Assembly (NCBI GenBank): GCA_964634395.1
Contig: CAZWJE010000004.1
Location: 24,733-88,732 of the forward strand
DNA length: 64,000 nt
Reading direction: 5' to 3'
Origin: an uncultured Gemmatimonas sp.
GTDB taxonomy: Bacteria > Gemmatimonadota > Gemmatimonadetes > Longimicrobiales > Longimicrobiaceae
Positions 60,127-64,000 of this stretch are shown here, piece after piece (the first letter of the stretch is position 1; each line of letters begins with the position of its first letter). The notes below the pieces were generated by a model, which saw only the letters and a program-made list of their open reading frames with translations, was not told the origin of the DNA and ran no database searches. The translations under genes were made by a program, and so were the position numbers.

Positions 60127-62376
60127 TTGATACTGGCGACCGACCTCGACGGCACCTTCCTGGGTGGCCGGCACGAGGGGCGCGAGAAGCTGTACCGCAT
60201 CGTCCGGGAGACGGAAGGGGCGACTCTCGTCTTCGTGACCGGTCGAGGCATTGGAAAGATCCTCCCCCTGCTGGAGGACCCCACCGTACCGACACCTGAC
60301 TACATCATCGCGGACGTGGGAGCGACGATCGTGGAAGGGCCGAATCTGGCGCCGATCCACTCGATCCAGGACCCGATCGAACGCCGCTGGCCGGGAGCCG
60401 ACCGGGTCCGCGCCGTGCTTTCCCGCTTCCCGTACCTGACACCGCAGAACGTTCCGCAGGAGCGTCGCGTCTCCTGGTACCTGCCAGGGGGCGTCATACG
60501 CGCGGAGCTACGTGAGGCCGTCGATGCCGAACTCGGTTGTGATCTCCTCATCTCCGCGGGTCTATACCTCGACGTTCTTCCCCGCGGCGTGTCGAAGGGA
60601 AGCACGCTGCTCTCATTGATCGAGTGGTCAGGCCTCCCGCGAGAGCGGGTGGTGACCGCTGGAGACACACTCAACGACCTGTCGCTCTTCGTCCATGGCC
60701 TGAAGGGGATCGTGGTGGGCGGCGCCGAGCCGGCGCTGCGCGCGCGCGCCGGAGAGATCGGCGGCGCCTGCTATCTCGCGGAGGGGCCGGGATGCGACGG
60801 AATCCTGGAGGGATTGATGCACCACGAACTGCTCACGCCGGCGCCGCCCAGGCAGCCGGAAGAGAGACCGCCGGAAGACACCCGGCCGGCGGAAACGCGA
60901 CAGTTGATCATGGTTTACCACCGGTTGCCGTTCGACGAGACCCGGCGGGGGGACCAGATCGTCCGTAGGGCGCCGAAGAGCCCGAACGGCATCATCCCCA
61001 CGCTGCTCGGCTTCTTCGAAAACGGTCGGGAAGGACTCTGGATCGCGTGGTCGAAGCAGGAGGAACGGTCCCCTTCCGATTTCGAGAGACGGGTTCCGGT
61101 GGACCCGAAACGATACGAGAACCTCACCGCCATCCGCGTTCCGCTCACGTCCAGCGACGTCAACCGGTTCTATGAGATCTTCTCCAAGGAAGCGCTTTGG
61201 CCGGTGATCTTTTCCTTTCCCGAACGCGCGATGTTCGACAACGGGCACTGGGAGCACTTCCTGGAGATCAATCGACTGTTCGCGGAGGAGACGGCCCGTG
61301 TCGCCGAACCCGGCGCGCTCGTCTGGGTTCACGACTACAACCTCTGGCTCGTCCCGCGGTTCCTTCGTGAGCTGCGCCCCGACGTGACGATCGCCTTCTT
61401 CCATCACACCGCGTTTCCGCCGCCGGACATCTTCAACCTTCTTCCCTGGCGGTCGGAGATCATCGAGAGCCTCATCAGCTGCGACTACGTCGGGTTCCAC
61501 ATCCCCCGCTACGTGGAGAACTTCGTGGACGTCGTGAGAACTCACGCACCGAGCGAGATCGTGCGGCGGGTCCCGTGCATCCCTCGATTCCTCTCGTATG
61601 GGTGTGCGCTGGGCATCGACGAAGTGACCCGGGAGATCGAGGTCGGGGGACGTACGGTGCGTACCGGGGCTCATCCGGTCGGGATCAACGTGCGGGCGAT
61701 CCACGAGATCCTCGAGCGGCCCGGAACCGTGGCGCTGATGGACCGGGTGCGGGATGAGCTGATGGGGCGGACGACGATCTTCTCCGTCGAACGGCTCGAC
61801 TACGTCAAGGGGCCGCTCGAGAAGATGCGCTCCTTCGAACTGCTCCTGGAAGAACATCCGGAACTGCACGGCAAGGTCGTTCTTTATTCCGTCTTCACCC
61901 CGCAGGCGCCGGGGATGACGGCGTATCAGACGACCCGTGAGGCGGTCGACCAGGCGGTCGGCCGGGTGAACGGGCGGTTCGCTCGGATCGACTGGACGCC
62001 GGTCCGCTACTTCTATCGATCGCTTCCATACGAGGACGTGATCGCGCATTACGCCGTCGCGGACGTCGCGTGGATCACACCGCTGCGAGATGGGCTGAAC
62101 CTGGTGGCGAAGGAGTACGTGGCCGCGAACCACGCGAGTGGCGGGGCGGGTGCACTGGTCCTCTCGGAGTTCGCGGGTGCGGCGGCGGAACTGCATGGCG
62201 CCCTGCTCACCAACCCCTACGATCCCCGTCAGATGGCGGAGGACCTGTACGACGCGCTCACCTTACCGGAAGCGGAGCGCCGGGCCCGGATGGCGACGAT
62301 GTACGATATCGTGGACGCGAACAATATCGACTACTGGGGCTACGAGTTCCTCGCCGCGGTGAATGGGAATCTCTGA
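60127..62376 (+). CDS. Bifunctional HAD-phosphatase / GT20 glycosyltransferase (trehalose-6-P or glucosylglycerol-P phosphatase-synthase fusion)
   Basis: N-terminal HAD-IIB motifs (TTG start; ILATDLDGTFLGG; GDTLNDLSLF). C-terminal OtsA/GgpS-like GT20 (VWVHDYNLWLVPRFLRE, FFHHTAFPPPDIF, DYVGFHIPRYVENF, LSEFAGAA). GGGGGA sits 8 nt upstream of the TTG. Confidence 0.75.
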   Translation: MILATDLDGTFLGGRHEGREKLYRIVRETEGATLVFVTGRGIGKILPLLEDPTVPTPDYIIADVGATIVEGPNLAPIHSIQDPIERRWPGADRVRAVLSRFPYLTPQNVPQERRVSWYLPGGVIRAELREAVDAELGCDLLISAGLYLDVLPRGVSKGSTLLSLIEWSGLPRERVVTAGDTLNDLSLFVHGLKGIVVGGAEPALRARAGEIGGACYLAEGPGCDGILEGLMHHELLTPAPPRQPEERPPEDTRPAETRQLIMVYHRLPFDETRRGDQIVRRAPKSPNGIIPTLLGFFENGREGLWIAWSKQEERSPSDFERRVPVDPKRYENLTAIRVPLTSSDVNRFYEIFSKEALWPVIFSFPERAMFDNGHWEHFLEINRLFAEETARVAEPGALVWVHDYNLWLVPRFLRELRPDVTIAFFHHTAFPPPDIFNLLPWRSEIIESLISCDYVGFHIPRYVENFVDVVRTHAPSEIVRRVPCIPRFLSYGCALGIDEVTREIEVGGRTVRTGAHPVGINVRAIHEILERPGTVALMDRVRDELMGRTTIFSVERLDYVKGPLEKMRSFELLLEEHPELHGKVVLYSVFTPQAPGMTAYQTTREAVDQAVGRVNGRFARIDWTPVRYFYRSLPYEDVIAHYAVADVAWITPLRDGLNLVAKEYVAANHASGGAGALVLSEFAGAAAELHGALLTNPYDPRQMAEDLYDALTLPEAERRARMATMYDIVDANNIDYWGYEFLAAVNGNL

Positions 62377-62395
62377 GACCGGAGGGGGAGCGAGT

Positions 62396-63964
62396 CTACA
62401 TCCACCCGGTCCGCCCCGGTGGTTCGACCGGACCATCCCGCTGGACCTCGTCCCATACCCGTCGGCCGACGTCGAACGCCTGCCGCACGAGCGCCTCCTC
62501 GTCGACCTTCGTCAGCCGGTGGTCGCGCATGATGAACTCCCCATCGACCATCACCGATTCCACGTCGGACGCCATGCCGTTGTGCAGCCAGCCGGAGAGC
62601 ACGCGGCCGGTTGGGGCCAGGTGCGGCTTCAGCAGGTCGAGCACGATGAGGTCCGCCCTCCGGCCGACCTCGAGCAGCCCGAGCGAATCTCCGTGCCCGA
62701 TCGCCCGGGCACCGCCGAGCGCGGCGTCGGCGAGGATGTCCTCCGGCTGCGGGAGGAGCCCCGGGTGTTCGTCCTGACGGCGGATCCGTTCGGTGAGCAG
62801 GCCGACCTTCATGACCGCGAACATGTCGTTGTCGTTGTTGTCGGTCCCCATGCAGATCCGGATCCCGGCGTCGCGCAGGGCGGGGATGGGCGGGCTGACT
62901 CCGCGATTCGCCGCCATCGCCGCCTGGTGGGAGACGATCGTGTCCGTGCGGGCGAGAAGGGAGATCTCGAAATCGTCGACGTAGCGGGCGTGTGCCGCGA
63001 AGAGACGTGGGCCCAGGAAGTCCGCCTGGTAGAGATACTCCGTCGGCCGGGTGCCATGGAAACGGAGCATGTACTGGATCTCGGCGTGGGTCTGGTTCAG
63101 GTGGATCGTGTAGCCGAGGTCCCGCTCGTCGGCGAACTGGCGGATCGCGCGCAGCAGTTCGTGGGAGCAGTTCTCGGTGTGGACGACCGCGGGGAATACC
63201 TGGATGCGTCCGTCGTTCTTCCCGTGCCAGTCCCGATGAAGGTCGGCGACCCGCTGCAGGCCCTCGTCGCGGAGCGCGGCGGAGAACACCGGCGTCGTCG
63301 AAGCGGCGAACGCCTCGGGTGACATCACCGTTCCGTCAACCCGGTCGTTCACCCCTTCGGCGAAGACCCAGCGCAGGCCCGTCTTCGCCAGTTCCTCGGC
63401 TTCCGGCGCGATTCGGCTGGTATACTCGACGACCGTCGTCGTGCCCGTACGGATGCTGTGAAGCGCCGCCATCACCGACATCAGCGTGCGCTCTTCCGCC
63501 GAGATCAGGCTGCCCGGGCTGACCGGCAGACGGTATCGATTCGGGAAGCCGAAGTCCTCGTTGAAGCCGCGGGAGAGCGCGGCGTTCAGGTGGGCGTGAC
63601 AGTTGACCACACCGGGAAGGATCGCCCGGGTCCGACCGTCGATCAGCTCGGCCCCCTGGAACTGACGGACAACGTCGTCGGTGGGGCCGAGCGCGGCGAT
63701 CGTGGATCCGCTGATGGCGATCGCCACGTTCCGCAGTTCGGCGCGGTTCGGGTCACCGGTGACGACGGTGGTGTTGGTGAAAACCACATCGCCCTCGCGG
63801 GGAGCCACGCGCTCGCGGATGTCGCGGACGTCCGGGCCGCTGATCGAGGCGGCGAGCCGATCGGGCACGAGCAGCCCGGCCCCGAGTGCCGCGCCGGCGG
63901 TCGTGAGCATCTCGCGCCGGGTGATGGCTCGCTCCGAGCCGTTCGTCGGGTGCGCGTCAGGCAT
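62396..63964 (-). CDS. Tat-secreted amidohydrolase-family protein (metal-dependent hydrolase)
   Basis: Twin-arginine leader (ITRREMLTTAGAALGAGLL), HxH metal motif (VVNCHAHL), and the amidohydrolase C-terminal Asp region (GTDNN). Confidence 0.8.
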   Translation of the reverse strand: MPDAHPTNGSERAITRREMLTTAGAALGAGLLVPDRLAASISGPDVRDIRERVAPREGDVVFTNTTVVTGDPNRAELRNVAIAISGSTIAALGPTDDVVRQFQGAELIDGRTRAILPGVVNCHAHLNAALSRGFNEDFGFPNRYRLPVSPGSLISAEERTLMSVMAALHSIRTGTTTVVEYTSRIAPEAEELAKTGLRWVFAEGVNDRVDGTVMSPEAFAASTTPVFSAALRDEGLQRVADLHRDWHGKNDGRIQVFPAVVHTENCSHELLRAIRQFADERDLGYTIHLNQTHAEIQYMLRFHGTRPTEYLYQADFLGPRLFAAHARYVDDFEISLLARTDTIVSHQAAMAANRGVSPPIPALRDAGIRICMGTDNNDNDMFAVMKVGLLTERIRRQDEHPGLLPQPEDILADAALGGARAIGHGDSLGLLEVGRRADLIVLDLLKPHLAPTGRVLSGWLHNGMASDVESVMVDGEFIMRDHRLTKVDEEALVRQAFDVGRRVWDEVQRDGPVEPPGRTGWM

Positions 63965-64000
63965 GTGGGAGATCCTCGATTCGATGGAACTGACGGGCGA

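Overview
This is a high-GC (~68%) bacterial chromosomal window with dense coding on both strands. There are no rRNA genes, CRISPR arrays or IS/transposase genes. The CarbopepD-type TonB-dependent receptor and the gene order suggest a Gemmatimonadota- or Bacteroidota-like lineage; this is a guess from gene content, not a database result.

Main blocks, left to right:
- pgm, a two-component system and htrA/degP, then nfo.
- An iron-uptake locus on both strands: tandem-duplicated lipoprotein, HmuY-like lipoprotein, TonB-dependent receptor, feoA-feoA-feoB and the Cys-rich FeoB-associated gene.
- A pterin cluster: PTPS/QueD-like, folE, an SDR, and a second PTPS-like gene.
- A long housekeeping run: yebC, ruvCAB, queA, tgt, yajC, def, fmt, thiE-thiS-thiG, rsmB, a PASTA protein, a TlpA-like redoxin, a YbbR-like protein, tsaD.
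- A flotillin/NfeD pair, nrnA, speA, then a ~1000-aa LuxR-type (LAL) regulator.
- A compact 4-gene operon: PPTase, KAS-III-like enzyme, thioester-reductase-like SDR, ferritin-like diiron protein.
- fur with a canonical Fur box, typA/bipA, an acidic W-periodic small protein, and an 872-aa putative outer-membrane protein.
- A tRNA-Ile gene whose 3' end is duplicated 2.4 kb away, bracketing an AbiEi/AbiEii pair with no integrase.
- A HAD-GT20 fusion and a Tat-secreted amidohydrolase.

Most worth follow-up: the integrase-less tRNA-Ile islet carrying AbiE; the PPTase/KAS-III/reductase/diiron operon with its LAL regulator; the AGAATGA-N3-TCATTCT palindrome shared by two iron-uptake promoters; TAATC direct repeats at helical spacing in the response-regulator/htrA promoter; and the GTP cyclohydrolase I + PTPS + SDR cluster that resembles a BH4-type pterin pathway.
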